Shown here one piece after another: positions 1 through 15,036 of a stretch of DNA of 64,000 nucleotides; the first letter of the stretch is position 1; each line of letters begins with the position of its first letter. Position numbers and translations under genes: made by a program. Location of the stretch: positions 1,364,001 to 1,428,000 of the forward strand of contig JAPDFW010000070.1 in NCBI GenBank assembly GCA_028826165.1, given 5' to 3'. This DNA is from Anaeramoeba ignava BMAN. Its lineage: Eukaryota; Protista; Anaeramoebae. The notes under the pieces are model-generated. The model was not told the DNA's origin. It made no database searches and was given only the letters and a program-made list of their open reading frames with translations.

Positions 1-1317
1 GAAATTGCTTTACGAACAAAAGCTTCTGTATCTTTACATAAATTGGATATTGCTCTATTTTAAATAATAAATATTAATTTTAATTTTAATTATTAAATAT
101 TTGATTTTTTAAATCAATTACTGTCTTAATTCAATTTGAGAATCAGGATCACATTTTGGATAGGTGCAGTTGAATAAAAAGCAAGAAGAAGAGCGAGGAA
201 CAAAGCATGGACTTTTTGATAATTTTATAACAAGTGGGAAAATGTTATCTTGAATTTGTCTTTGATTCATTCCTTCACTTATTTTAATAACTGATTGGAT
301 ACTCTATTTAAAGAATGAAAAGAAAAAAAAATTTTTTTTTGAAAGTTTGAATAATTTAAAAAAAAAAAAAATTTTAATTGCAAAATTACATTTTCTCTTG
401 TTTTTTGGTCTTCATGAGATAATAAATAATCAAAAATCCCGATAATGCAATCAACATATTCATAGCCACCAATTAGTGGAATAAAATCACCTAATTCTTC
501 TGCAATAACACGAAGTACTTCTTCATCTTCATTCTTACATTCTTTGATTTGATTATTTTATTTCATTTCATTTCATTTCATGTAATTAAATTTTTTTCAT
601 TTTAATTTATTTCATTTCATGTAATTATATATTTTCTCTTACGACTCAAAAAAACTATCAACTCGGTTCTTGTTCTTTGCTCGCCAATTGCTTTGGAAAT
701 TTTATGAAGATTCCTGAATGAAATTATTCGAGCTTTGAGATCTGTATTTATTAATCCATCAATTAAACCTGCTACTTCCTTAATAAATTTTTCTTGAACA
801 GTTTTTTCATCTTCATCTTCATCATCTACAAATTCGTTGTCTTGGTTATCATTTAAATTTTTATTAATCTTAATTTCTGTAATTTGAGTATGCTCTTGGT
901 TTTCGTTTTTATCTTCATTTTCATTTTTATCTTTATCTTTATCTTTATCTTTATTTTCATTTTCATTTTCATTTTCATTTTTATTTTTATTTTTATTTTC
1001 ATTTTCATTTTCATTTTCATTTTTATTTTCATTTTCATTTTTATTTTCATTTTCATTTTCATCTTCATTTTTATCTTCAGTATTTTCTAAAATGGTTTCT
1101 TTAATCAACTTTGGATCATTTTCTTGTGTTTCTGATTTATTATTTTGCAAATGGTTGTTTGGGGTGTTATTATTTGAATTACTTTCCTCATTAGATGTAT
1201 TATTTGCTTCTGCTAAATTTTCTTTGTTTGGTTCTTGAACTTGTTCATTTTGTTCAATTATATCCTGTTTTATTGTTTTTTGTTCAGAATCTAAAACATC
1301 ATTTTTTTGTTCGTTTG
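1..1317 (-). CDS. PP2A scaffold (A/PR65) subunit-like HEAT-repeat protein with an acidic low-complexity N-extension; multi-exon, 3' end runs off the window start
   Basis: Spliced translation gives VAGLIDGLINTDLKARIISFRNLHKISKAIGEQRTRTELIVFLS then CKNEDEEVLRVIAEELGDFIPLIGGYEYVDCII, matching PPP2R1A HEAT1-2 ([44 protein letters not shown]). GT-AG introns. A possible 7-nt first exon ATGATGT|GTAAGT lies at 1593-1599. Confidence 0.8.
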
Positions 1318-1860
1318 CTATTTAAATTTTATTATAAATTTCATTATAAATTTTATGTTTTTTTTTTTTCGATTTTTAATTTTTTAATTTTTTTAATTTT
1401 TCATCATAAAATTTTTCATTTTTGTTTATATTTTTTTTTTGGTGTTAATAAAGAGAAGTTTTTTAAATTAAATCTGAAGATATAAAATTTATATTTGTTT
1501 TTTCTTTTCTTATTGAAAAAAAAAATGTATTCGATTTAAAATGTGTAAAGAAAAAAAACACACAAATAAACCTTTTTTTTTGTTTTACTTACACATCATA
1601 ATTTTAATTTAAAGGAGAAAAAAAAAAAGAATGAAAAAAAATGAAAAAAAAATTATTTAAAAAAAATTTTTTTTTTCTTTTTTTCTTTTTTTTTAAAATA
1701 AAAAAATATAACTTTGTTTATTTTATTTTATTTAAATCAAATATTAAAATCTTTTTAAAATCTTTTTAAAATCTTTTTAAAATTTGTTCAACATTTTTTT
1801 TTCTTTTTTTTTTGGATCGAAAAGTGGAATATTTTTTTTTTAAAAAATTAATTAAATTAA

Positions 1861-4800
1861 TCAAATTAATTGAATAATTTTGTTAAATAATTTTTCAAAT
1901 TCTAAAATTATTTTTTGATTTTTTTCTTGATAAATTCTTAAAATTAATTGATTTTCGTTTTTCAAAATTTCTTCAATAAAAACTTCTAAAATTCTTTTAT
2001 TTTGTGTTTCTAAATTATCATTTTTTTGTTTAGTTAAATTTATAATTGATTTTAAAATTTCTTCAATTTCAAGTTTTTCAGTAATTTTCATTAAATCAAT
2101 ATAATTTTTGATAATATTTGATATGTTTTTATTTTTTACATTTTTGAGAATTTGATTTAGGATTTGGTTTTCATTTTCATTTTCATTTTCATTTTCAATT
2201 TGAATTTGATTTTGATTTTCATTAATCTTTTTTGGTTTATAAATTAGAATATAAGCTGAAATACCAGAAGAAAGATATGAATTTTGATATGAATTTTGAT
2301 ATAAATTTTGAAATGAATCTTGAAATGAATTTTGATTTAAATTTTGAAATGAATCTTGATTTAAATTTTGATTTGAATCTTGAAATGAATTTTGATTTAA
2401 ATTTTGATTTAAATTTTGATATGAATTTTGATATGAATTTTGATTTAAATTTTGATATGAATTTTGATTTGAATTTTGATTTGAATTTTGATTTAAATTT
2501 TGATATGAATTTTGATTTAAATTTTGATATGAATTTTGATTTGAATTTTGATTTAAATTTTGATATGAATTTTGATTTGAATTTTGATTTGAATCTTGAT
2601 TTAAATTTTGATATGAATTTTGATATGAATTTTGATTTAAATTTTGATTTAAATTTTGATTTAAATTTTGATAAGAATTTTGATATGAATTTTGATTTAA
2701 ATTTTGAAATAAATTTTGAAATAAATTTTGATATGAATCTTGATTTAAATTTTGAAATGAATCTTGATTTAAATTTTGATTTGAATTTTGATATGAATTT
2801 TGATTTAAATTTTGATATGAATCTTGATTTAAATTTTGATTTGAATTTTGAAATGAATCTTGAAATGAATCTTGAAATGAATTTTGAAATGAATCTTGAT
2901 TTAAATTTTGATTTAAATTTTGATTTAAATTTTGAAATGAATCTTGAAATGAATTTTGATTTAAATTTTGATTTGAATTTTGATATGAATTTTGATTTAA
3001 ATTTTGATATGAATTTTTTTGATAATTTGATTTATCTCCAAAACAAATTCGTTCAAAATTATCCATATCAAATTCACTTACTAATGAATCATTGAATTCA
3101 ATCCATTTGTTTTGATCTTTAATAATTGAATAATAATGTCCAAAATAAGTTGTTCCTATATGAACAATAACTCCATTAAGTTCATATAAATAATTTTGTT
3201 TTGGTGTTTTTTCAATTATATCTTGATAAAATTTCATTTGTTCTTCAAGTTTAATTTTAATTTCAATGTTGTTTTTTGTTTCTTTAAATTCATTTAATCT
3301 CTTTTTTATTTCTTCATATTTATGTTTTGCAAAATATTCTCTTGTATATTTCTCCATATTAATTTCCATAGGAAATTCAAAATAATCATTTAATTTAAAT
3401 CTTGTATTTCTTTCATAATCATATTCAAATCTTTTTAAATGGAAAATTAAGTATTTAGGAAGTTTTTGGAAATAAACATATTTTTTGGTATCAAATTTTC
3501 GTTTTAATTTTAAACTTAAATATTGATTTTTTCCTGTTAATAATTCTTCTGAAATATATGAATTAAGTGATGTTTCTAAATCATTTTTCCTTGAAATATC
3601 AACACTTATTGATAAAAATTCTTCATCAACTTCTTCTAAATCTTCAGTTTCAATAATATTCATTAAATTCATTGATATTCCTCCAAAAGTTTGTTTTGAG
3701 AATATCTTTTTGTTTTGTTGTTTTTAATTGATCTTCAATCAAATCAAATAAACAATTCATAAATTCATATGTATCTTTTTGTTCTCCAAAATTTAAAGGA
3801 TCTCCCCAAAATCTAAAGTTTCTTCCAAAATTTCTAGTACTAACAACTCTTTGATTTCTTTTTGAAACTTCTGAAAATAAATTATAAAAATGTTTAAATG
3901 ATCGAAAATCTTCATCATTTTTTCCTTTTTCTTTTTCTAATTTTGATATATCAACAGAAAGAATTTCTTTTCTGAAATTGTTATTCATAAATAATTGTTG
4001 AAGTATTGAATTCATATAACATGTTGCTCCAAGATTTGTTAATCCAGAATAATTTGTATGATTAATTAAATTTAATTCATCAATTAAATATTTACTAATT
4101 TCTTCTTGATTTTTTGTTGTTATTGATTTATTATTGTTTATTAATATATTTTGTAAAATTTGAAGTTTATAAATAAATTTATATAATTCTGTTTCTTTGA
4201 TTTCTTTTTGAATTTGTTCTTTTGTTATTTCTTCTTTTTCTTCTTTAATAATTTTATTAATATTTTCAATATATTTTGGATTTGTTGGCATTCTATTTAT
4301 TATTTGAATTATTTCTTTTTGGATTTCTTTTCCATATTTCATCATTTCAATAATTTTTTCAAAATATTCTATTAAAATATAACTTGCTATTTTTTCTTTT
4401 GAAATTTCTTTTTTCTTTTCATTATTAATTGAATTTGAATAATTTGAATAATTCCATTTTGATTTTAAAATTTTGATAATAATAATTGGATTAGAAATTA
4501 AATTAATTTCTTCAACTGTTTTATATTGATTTTCTTTGTTAATTTGTGGATGTGATTCAATTTGATATTCTGTTTTTTTCTTTTCAATTTTTTCTTCAAT
4601 TTGTTTTATTAATGAATAAATACTTTCTTCTTTACAAATTTCTATTGTTATCTTTTCTTCTTTTTGATTATTGTAATTGTAATAATTATTATAATAATTT
4701 GATTTTTGTTCATTATAAATTATTAATTCAATTTCAAATTTTGGATTTTCAAATAATAATGTTGAATAATGTCTTTCAAATGGTAAATCTTTTCTTAATA

Positions 4801-7800
4801 TTTTACTTTCATTTCTTTCAATATATTTTTTCAAAATAATAATAAATCGATAAATTTTCTTTTCTTTTTCTTCTTTGTTTATTTCTTTTTTATTTCTTCT
4901 TTTTCAATTCGTGAAATACATTCTGAAATGAATTGTTTTGGATAATTTTCTTCTTTTCTTTCATTTTCAAAATCATTATCAATATAATTATAATTATTAT
5001 CTTTAATTTCTTTTTCAATTTCTTTTTCATTTTTATGTTGAAAATCAATTAAAAAATCAATACTTAATTTGGAAATTTCTTCATTTTCTGTTTCTAATAT
5101 TATTTCCCATAATTCTTCTTTTCCAATTATTTTATTTTTATTTTTATTTTTGAATTAATTTTGATAAAAAGTTTTTTCCAATTTTCAAAAATTATTTTAG
5201 TAAATTGTTTCTTTGGAATTGAATTTAATTTTATAAAAAATATTTCAATTTCATTTTCATTTTCATTTTCATTTTCAATTTCATTTTCAATAATTTTTGA
5301 AAAAAATTGAATAAATAATTCTTTTTCTTTAAATATTAATGATTTTTCAAAAAATATTTCCCAAAATTTTTCAATTTGTTTTTCTTGAATAATTTCTAAA
5401 AAATCAATCCATGTTTCAACCTATTTAAAAAAAATTTTTGATATTATTTAAATTTTTTGATTAAGATTAAAAAATTAATAAATATATAAATAAATAAATA
5501 TTTAATTAAATAAATAAATAATTAATTACATGATTAAGATAAGTTCTATTTTCAAAAATTTCATTTTCAATTTCATTTTTGATTTGGTTTTTGATTGAAA
5601 TAATTGAATTAATTATTATTTCTTCAATTTTATATTTCTCTTTTAATTTTTCAATAAATTTTTCTTTTGTAATTTCTTGTTTTTTTGTTTTTTGATTATA
5701 ATAATTTTGTTGATTATTTTGATTAGAAGAAGAAGATGGTAAATAATTGATTATTTTTTTAATAAATAAAAGGAAATTTGATAATTTTTGATTATTCTTT
5801 TCAATTAATTCAATTCCTTTTATAATTATTTTTTCTTCAATTTTTTCTTGTATTTTTTCTTCAATATTGAAATTTGAATTTGAATTTGAATTTGAATTTG
5901 AATTTGAATAAATTATTTCAATTAAACTTTCAATCATTTTTTCTTCAATTCTTTTTTCAATTTTTGAATCTATAATTAATTTATTCATTAAAAAAATTGG
6001 TTTTAATCTTTTTTCAATTTCATTTTCTTTTTCTTCTTGAATTAAATTTTGAATTTGATTTTCTTCTTGAATTAAATTTTCAAAATTAATTTTAGTTAAA
6101 TTTTGAATTGAAAAATCTTTAATTAATTTAATAAGATTAATTGTCCATTCTTTATTTTCTTCAATTTCAGAAAATAATTTATTGATTAATTCTTCTTCTT
6201 CTTCTTCTTCTTTTTCTTTTTCTTTAAATTCTTTTAAAATTTCAAATAAAATTTCAAAAATTGATTCTTTGATATTTTGATCTTGTTTCTATTAATTAAT
6301 TAAATTAATTTAATTGGGAAAAGAATGATAAAATATAATTAATTATATTTGTAATTATATTTATAATTATACTTACTTTTGTTTTATCTAAAATTTGGAT
6401 AAATTGATTTTTTGAAAATAAATTATTTTGTTTTAAAAATAAAATTATTTCTTTTGATTGTTTGATAATTTCTTGATGAATTTCTTTTCCAAATATAATT
6501 TCAATAATATTTTTTGAATCAAACCATGAAATAAATAATCTTATTTTGTTTAGATAATAATATAAATAAAATAATATAAAAGAATATAAATATTTGTTTT
6601 TGAATTTTAAAATAAATTACTCTTTATCTATTTTTGGATAATTTGAGTTTGAATTTGAATTTGAATAATTATAATTTGAATTAAATCCAAATGATTCATT
6701 TTGTTTTTGTTTTTGTTCTTGTTCTTTAATTATTGAAATTTTTTGTTGAATTTTTTTAATTCCTTCAATTTTTAAAGGAATTGATGATGTTTTTAAATAT
6801 TTAATTGAAATTTCATTTTCAAATTTCATTTTAAATTCAAAATATTCTTTTCTTTCTTCTTCTGTTTTATTTGTTTTTTTTATCATTTTAAATATTTTAG
6901 AACTTATTTCTTCAATTTTATTTTTTGTAAATGATTTAATTTCTTCATTTTCACTTTCAATTAATTTTTCAAGAAATGATTTAAGAAAATTTGAAATTTT
7001 TTGATAAAATTCTTCTGAAAAATTTTCTGAAATCTTTTTATTTTTAAATTTTAATTAAATTTTAATTTAAATTATAATAAAATAAAATGAAATTATTTTA
7101 TTTTACCTGAATAATTGAATTAAGATAATAATAAGTAATTTCAGAATTTAATTTATGATCTTTTGAAAGAATAAAACAAATAATTTTTTCAAATCCTCTT
7201 ATTCTTCCAAAATATTCAATATTTTCTTGTTTTAATTTTGAATAATTTTCTCTCTATTTTGTATTTTAATTTTGATTTTAATTTTAATTTTAATTTTAAT
7301 TTTAATTTTAATTTTAATTTTAATTTTAATTTTAATTTTAATTTTAATTTTAATTTTAATTTTAATTTTAATTTTAATTTTAATTTTAATTTTAATTTTA
7401 ATTTTAATTTTAATTTTAATTTTAATTTTAATTTTAATTTTTAAATTTTAATTTTTAATTGGAATTTTAATTTGATTTTAAATAATTTTTAAAATTTTAA
7501 TTTTTAAAATTTTCATTTTAAATGATTTTGATTTTAATTTTAAATCATTTTGATTTTTTTTAATAATTTTAATTTTTAATTTTAAAATTATCTTCTTTTT
7601 TTAAATTCTTAAATTATTATTTTTGTTTTTAAAATTTAAAAGAAAATGATAAATTAAAATTTTTTAATTTTTAAATCTCTCTTTTTATAAATTAATCATT
7701 TTTTTTGAAAATAATTGATTAAATAATTAAATATTTCATTTTTAAAATAATAAATTAATCTTGATTTTAAATTATTTAAAAAATAAATTAAAAAAAAATG

Positions 7801-8304
7801 AAAAATTAAAAATGAATAAATACTTTTTCCATTTTTTTAAAATTAAAATCATCTTCTTCTTGAGAATTATAAAGAGATTTTTTTTCAAAATTAAGAATTA
7901 ATGAAAGAGATTTGGCAATTCCTTTGTTTTCTTCTTCAATTTTTAAAAAAATTAAATCAAGACATTTTCGAAAAAAATTATTAATTAATTGAGTTGTTTT
8001 TGTTTTGAATTGAGGTTCAAATTCATAAATAGAATTAATCATTTCATAAAGATAATTTTCTAAAAAAACAAATTCTTTTTCTTTTTCAAATTTTCCTTCA
8101 ATTATTTTATTAATTTCTTTTTCAATTTTTTGGATACATTCAATCACATTCTTTTCTTTTTGATTTTTGTTTTTAAAATTTTCTGAATTAAATTGAATTA
8201 GTTTGAATTAATTTAAATTAATTATTTTAATTCTTTTTATTTAATTACGACTTAATAAAGAAGCTAAAATATTATCATAATCTTCAAATTTGTTTTAATT
8301 CCAT
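1861..8304 (-). CDS. Ubiquitin-specific protease (peptidase C19), USP9/24/34-like; multi-exon with apparent 1-nt frameshifts
   Basis: Cys box GLTNLGATCYMNSILQQLF, QKDTYEF, LPKYLIFHLKRFEYD, His box GVIVHIGTTYFGHYYS..WIEFNDS, SAYILIY. The upstream exon IFGKEIHQEIIKQSKEII resembles the USP34/24 N-terminal region. A frameshift near 3680 joins ORFs 3650-4834 and 1861-3672. The 5' boundary is approximate. Confidence 0.85.
2278..3015 (-). repeat. In-frame 12-bp coding minisatellite encoding QNLN/QNSY/QDSF tetrapeptides inside the USP catalytic domain
   Basis: About 60 copies of variants of TTTTGATTTAAA / TTTTGATATGAA; the reading frame stays open throughout. Confidence 0.9.
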
Positions 8305-8527
8305 TTTTAAAAAAAAAGGAAAAAATGAAAAAAATTAAATAAAAAAATTTTTTTTAAACAAAAAAAAGTGGACAATTTTGTTTTTTTGCTTTTATTTCCC
8401 TTTTTTTTTTGGAATTTAATAAATAAATTGGAATAAAAAGAGGAATTGAATTTTGAATTATTTTAAAAAAATAAATAAATTGAATTTTCATTTTTTTCAT
8501 TTTTTTCATTTTTTTTATTTTTTAAAA

Positions 8528-11500
8528 ATGTTTAGAAAAATATTTGGAAGAAAGAAAAAAGATCAAGAAAAACCAAAACAAGATAATCCAAAAACTTCTG
8601 GAGAAAATAATAAAGTATCAAAAGAAGAACCACAACCACAACCACAAGCTAAAGATATGTTTTCAGGATTATCAATGAATCCTCAACCAATAACGTAAAT
8701 TTAAAATTTTAAATAAAATTATAAATTAAATTTTAAATTTGGAATTTTTTAAATTAACAAAAAAAAAGACCAAAAGAACCAATTCAAACATTTTCTACAG
8801 TTCAAAATCAACCAAATCAAACTCGTTCAAGTTTTGATTTTTTGAATAAAACCCCAAATAAAAAACAAAATGAATTTCAAACAAAAAATAAAAATGAAAA
8901 TCAAGAAAAATCTCAAGAATTTCAATCATCTTTTTCATTTATTTCTTCACCTTCTAAAATTAAAACATATTCAACAACATCTGAATCAGATACACCCAAT
9001 ACACAAGAAAGTAAATTTACATATTAGATGAATTTAATTAAAATTTAATTAAAATTAAATTCAAAATTTAATTCAAAATAAATTCAAAAATTAAATCCAA
9101 AATTTAATTCAAAATTCAATTCAAAATTTAATTCAAAATTAATTCAAAATTAATTTAAAATTTAATTCAAAAATAAATTCAAAATTAATTTCAAAATTTA
9201 AATTCAAAATTAAATTCAAAATAAATTCAAAATTAAATTTAAAATTTAATTCAAAATTTAATTCAAAATTTAAATTCAAAATTTAATTCAAAATTTAATT
9301 CAAAAATTAAATTCAATTCGAAATTCAAAATTTAAATTTAAAATTAAATTCAAAATTAAATTCAAAATAAATTCAAAATTAAATTCAAAATTAATTTCAA
9401 AATTAATTCAAAATAAATCCAAAATTAATTCAAAATTCAATTCAAAATTTAAATTCAAAATAAATTCAAATTAAATTCAAAAATTAAATTCAAAAAATAA
9501 ATTCAAAATTAAATTCAAAATTCAATTCAAATTAAATTTAAAATTAAATTCAAAATTAAATTCAAATTTAATCCAAAAATTAAATTCAAAATTAATTCAA
9601 AATTAAATTCAAAATTCAAAATTTGATTTAAAAAGGAACAAGACATCCAATAAAAAAGTCAGTTACAAAAAGAAGACACAAACACAAAAAATCACCCAAT
9701 AAAACAGAACTAAAAGAAGAAAAGAATATTACTGAGCAGCAAAAATCACAAAATTTATTCAATATGTTAGATATAAAAGACGAATCAAAAATGGAATTTT
9801 TTCAACTTTTACAAAAAGATATGAATCAAACAGAACAAAAACAAGAACCAAAACAAGAAGATAAAACAAAACAAAAAGAATCTGTTGATAAAGAACAAAA
9901 GAGTGCTGACGCTAGCCAAGAAGAAGATGATCAAAGTATAGAATCTGAGAATAAGAAAGAGCAAATAACAACCACAAAATTGGAGCAAAAAAATTCGAAA
10001 GATGAAGTTAAAGCAAAACAACAACAAAAACAAAAGGAATTTTCAATTCCAGAACCACAAATTCACACAACAAAAGAAATTGAAGATATTTCAAGCAAAT
10101 TCGCAATTTTAAACACAATAAAAACAAAACAGCAGAATTTAATTCAAAACCAAATTGAAATTTTTGAGGAACAAAAAAAATTAATTCAAGAAGAAAACCA
10201 AGCAAATATTTATTTGGAAACAAATACTAAATTGATTGAGGAATTATTTTCAAAAGATGAATTTGAAAAAATTGAAAATATTCAAAAGGAAAATGAAAAT
10301 TTGAAACAGAAAATCAAAAATATAAGAAAAAAAGATATTGGAAATCAAAAGAAAATATCGCAATCTGAAAACGAGAAAATCCAACAAATTCGCGAGGAAA
10401 TTGAAATTCACCACAAAAAAATACAAGATTTAACACAATTAAGATACACAAAAGAAGATCAATTGAGTGAATTTGAAAATGCTTCAAAAAAAGTATTGGA
10501 GCGATTAGAAAATAATATGGAATTGCAAAAAGATGAAACAAACCGCTTCAAAAAACAACTCGATGTGGATGTTGCTAATCTTGAGAAATTACGAGAGAAT
10601 TTAGAGAAAAAAGTCCAAAATGAAACTAATGAATTGCAACAAAAAAAAGACGAAGTTTCAAATGATATTAAAGAACTTGAAGTAATTTTATCACAATTTT
10701 TTGATGAAAGAAAATCTCAATTCATTTTGCAATATATTTAAAAAATATAAATATATAAATATAAATATTTTTAGGAAAATATTCACACAAACCAAGAAAC
10801 TCATAAAGAAAAAATTGCCCAAAAACAACAATTAGAAACTGATTTACAATCACTTAATTCCAAATTAAAACAAATTCAAGTCGAATTCCAAGATGAACAA
10901 AAAGAAATTGAAAAACAAAAAGCAAAATTAGAAGAGCAAATAAATATTTTGAAGGAAAAAGAAGAAGAATACAAACAATTAGAAGAGTTAAATGAAAATA
11001 AAAAACAAGAAATTTCGCAAAACAAAAAAAGGTTTGAAAAAGAACTTGAAAACCTTGAAAAAACAATTGAAGAATTTGAAGAGAATTTTCAAAAAATGAA
11101 GGAAATATCAAAAGAATCAGAAGAAAATCAAAAGAAACAAAAAGAGGAAATTTTAGAAGAAATGGATTTTTATGAGAAACAAATAAATCTTGAAGAATCA
11201 ATCGCATTAACTGACCAGAAAATTGAACAACTTACTTCACAATTCTTGATTGCAAACAATGAAGTTTCCAAAATTGAGTCTGAAATTAAAGCAGAAAAAT
11301 CATCCATTTCAGAACTTGAAACATCAAAACAAATTGCTATAAATGGAAGAAATTTTTCTCAAGCAAAAGAAATTTATACGAAAATTCAACAACTTCAAAA
11401 GAATTGTGATGATTTAGCAACTCTTTTGGATAAGAATTCTCTTCAACAAGAACAATATAGGCAAAATATTGAAAAAGAAAAGAAAAATCAACAAGATTTA

Positions 11501-11799
11501 GTTCAACAGTTTAATTCTTTTATTATGACTCAAAATACTGAAAGGAAGTCTATTTTAGAAAAAAGAATTTCAATTATTTCTGAAAAACTTAAAGATCAGT
11601 AAATTTATTTATAAAATTAAAATCAAATTAAAATTAAAATTAAATTCTCTTCTTCTTTTTATTTTATTTTATTTTATTTTATTTTTTTAGAAATCAATTA
11701 AACACTTTAGATAAAGAGATTCTTTCTTTAAAAATTCAAGTTTTTCAATCTGAAATGGTTTTACTTGGTGAAATACTTAATTCAATTAAAGAAAATTGA
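8528..11799 (+). CDS. Long coiled-coil protein with UVR-like motifs; multi-exon
   Basis: ATG at 8528 (MFRKIFGRKK). GT-AG introns include 9011-9635. E/K/Q-rich heptads. KQIAINGRNFSQAKEIYTKIQQL resembles a UVR (UvrB/C) helix-hairpin motif. TGA stop at 11797-11799. Confidence 0.65.
9011..9635 (+). repeat. Intron filled with degenerate AAATTC/AAAATT repeats
   Basis: GTAAAT...AAAAG boundaries; almost no G on the sense strand. Confidence 0.8.
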
Positions 11800-12393
11800 A
11801 AATAATAAAAGAAAGATCCTTTTCTCCTTTTTTTTAATAATAATATAAAATAAAATAAATAAAAAGCAAAAAAGTGGAAAAAATATCTTAAAAAGATGAC
11901 TAATCCAAAAAAAAAAAATTTTTTTGTTTTTTGTTTTTAATTTGTTTTTAATTTGTTTTTAAATTTGATCCTTTTAATTAAAATAAATTAATTTTAATAA
12001 AAATTTATAAATAAAAGAGATGACACAACTTTTTTAATTTGTTTTTTATTTTTTTATTATTAAATTGAAAAAGCAAAAAAGAATAAAAAAAAAGAATAAA
12101 AAAAAAAGAATAAAAAAAAAAGAATAAAAAAAAAAGAATAAAAAAAAAATGGATATTTTTTTATCAATAGGCTCTTAACTAATTCTTTGTACACAGATCA
12201 ATTTAAAATTTCAAATAAAATATTTTTTTATTATTATAAGTTTATTTTTTTTATAAAAATTTTTTATTATTTTAAAGATCAAAAAATAAATAAAATAAAA
12301 TAAAATAAATAAAAATTTTTTATTCAAAAGGGCAAGAATGGACTTAAATGTTTTGAATATTTAGAATCATTTTTCAATTTTATTTTTATTTAA

Positions 12394-14661
12394 ATGACTT
12401 CGGGATTCTTTTCGAAATTTTTCTAAAAGAAATTTAATAAAAAAAAATTATTTTAAAAAAAATGAAAAAAAGCAGATAAGTGAACCAATAACAGAATTAA
12501 AAGATTTTTCAAATTCAATACTCAAAGATAATCAAGATGATATTGTGGAATCTTTGTTCTTAACACAAGATCCTTTTTTGCTATCAGGACCATTTATGGA
12601 TAACTTAGAATTTTTTAAAGAAAATGATAAAAAATTAGTCGATTTTAATATTAATGAAAAGAAGAATAATAATAATAATAATAATTTCGATAATACTTTT
12701 AATGGTTATATTTATGGTTCCAATAATTATGATGATCAAAATTTATTTTATGATGGCAAAATTGAAAATGAAATTCCTTATATTCCTTCTTATAATTCCA
12801 CTGAATCTGATTTTCTTGATAACTCAATAAGATTTTTGGAAGAATATTCAATTAAACAACATTTAGAAAAAGTAATTTTGAATTTTTTTAAACTAAATAT
12901 TAAATTAAATATTGAATTGATTTAAATATTAAATTAAATATTAATTTAAATATTGATTTAAATATTGATTTAAATATTGATTTAAATATTGAATTAAATA
13001 TTGATTTAAATATTGATTTAAATATTAAATTAAATATTGATTTAAATAATTTAAATATTGATTTAAATATTGATTTAAATATTGATTTAAATATTAATTT
13101 AAATATTGATTTAAATATTGATTTAAATATTGATTTAAATATTGATTTAAATATTGATTTAAATATTGATTTAAATATTGATTTAAATATTGATTTAAAT
13201 ATTGATTTAAATATTGATTTAAATATTGATTTAAATATTGATTTAAATGATTTAAAATATTGAATTAAATATTGATTTAAATATTGATTTTAAATATTGA
13301 TTTAAATATTGATTTAAATATTGAATTAAATATTGATTTAAATATTGATTTAAATATTGAATTAAATATTGATTTAAATATTGATTTAAATATTGATTTA
13401 AATATTGATTTAAATATTGATTTAAATATTGATTTAAATATTGATTTAAATATTAATTTAAATATTAAAATTGATTTAAATATTGATTTAAATATTGATT
13501 TAAATATTGAATTAGTATTGATTTAAATATTGATTTAAATATTGAATTTAAATATTGAATTAAATATTGATTTAAATATTGAATTAAATATTGATTTAAA
13601 TATTGAATTAAATATTGATTTAAATATTGATTTAAATATTGATTTAAATATTGATTTAAATATTGATTTAAATATTGAATTAAATATTGAATTAAATATT
13701 GATTTAAATATTGATTTAAATATTGATTTAAATATTGATTTAAATATTGATTTAAATATTGAATTAAATATTGAATTAAATATTGATTTAAATATTGATT
13801 TAAATATTGATTTAAAAATTGAATTAAATATTGATTTAAATATTGAATTAAATATTGAATTAAATATTGAATTAAATATTGATTTAAATATTGATTTAAA
13901 TATTGATTTAAATATTGATTTAAATATTGATTTAAATATTGATTTAAATATTGATTTAAATATTAAATTAAATATTGATTTAAATATTGATTTAAATATT
14001 GATTTGATTTGATTTGATTTGATTTGATTTGATTTGATTTGATTTGATTTGATTTGATTTGATTTGATTTGATTTGATTTAAATTTGTTTTTTCAATTAT
14101 TAGAATCCAGAAACAAAATTCATCTTATCTCAAAAAGATTCAGAAAATGAACAAAAAGAACAAACTCAAGAAACTAATTTTGAAACAATTTTAAATTCAA
14201 TAAAAAACATTTCATCAAAAATTGTAACGGGGAAAAAAAACACAAAAAAGAATCAAAGAAAAGAAGAGAGAATAAGAAAATTATTAGAAAAGATTATAGA
14301 TGAAGAGACTCAAAAATTTTTTCAAGCTCATTCAAGATTTGGAGAAAGATTAGATAAGATGGCTGAATTAAAACCAGAATTAATGATTGGATGGAAAAAA
14401 TTCACTTTCCAAGATTTTCGAAAAACAAAAATTCCACCAAAAAAAGTTGAAATTTCTGAAGATATCGTTTTTTTTATTGCTCTTTGTTTAATTGATCCAA
14501 ATTCTCCTAATTTTTTAAAAGATCTCAAAAGTAAAGAGAAAACAACAAGAAGAGGCTTAAGTAGATTTTTAACAAAAACAATGGAAATGAAGAATTTAAA
14601 ACTTTACAATCATGGTTATATGATTTGGGGAAGAAAGAATCAAAATCCATATAAATACTAA
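12394..14661 (+). CDS. Uncharacterised protein, paralog A: acidic N-terminus plus a basic ~115-aa C-terminal domain; 2 exons
   Basis: Phase-0 intron 12872-14103 joins ORF 12545 to an open frame that runs into ORF 14359-14661. A start at 12394 needs one homopolymer correction. Confidence 0.65.
12890..14080 (+). repeat. Intronic 12-bp satellite (AAATATTGATTT)n ending in (GATTT)n
   Basis: About 90 near-perfect copies visible directly. Confidence 0.95.
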
Positions 14662-15036
14662 TTTAGGTTATTAATTGGATTTTTATTATGAATCTAATTC
14701 TTAATCTAAATGTGCAATTCTTTTCTTTTTTTTTCTTTTTTTCATTTTATTTATTGAGATTTGAATTGATTTAAATTTTATAATTCTTTTTTTTAGAATT
14801 GAAGTTTAAATTGATTTAAATTGAAATGAGTAAAATGTTTTTTTTTCTCCTTTGTTCTTTTTTTTTTTCTCCTTTATTCTTTTTTTTTTTCTCCTTTATT
14901 CTTTTTTTTTTTTTTTTTTTGGATTTAAAAGAAAAATTTTTTTTTAAAAATAAAATTCATTTCTTTTTTAACTTTTTAACTTTTTATCTTTTTATCTTTT
15001 TATCTTTTTAAATTATTTTCTTTTTTAGCTTTTTAA

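Noticed and set aside
13284-14012. Low-complexity ORFs (LNID, ILIL, ININ, FNFN and similar) here and at 19.1-19.7, 41-42, 45, 47.7-50.2, 59 and 61.4-63.5 kb
   Set aside because: These are stop-free readings of intronic or intergenic satellites, not genes.
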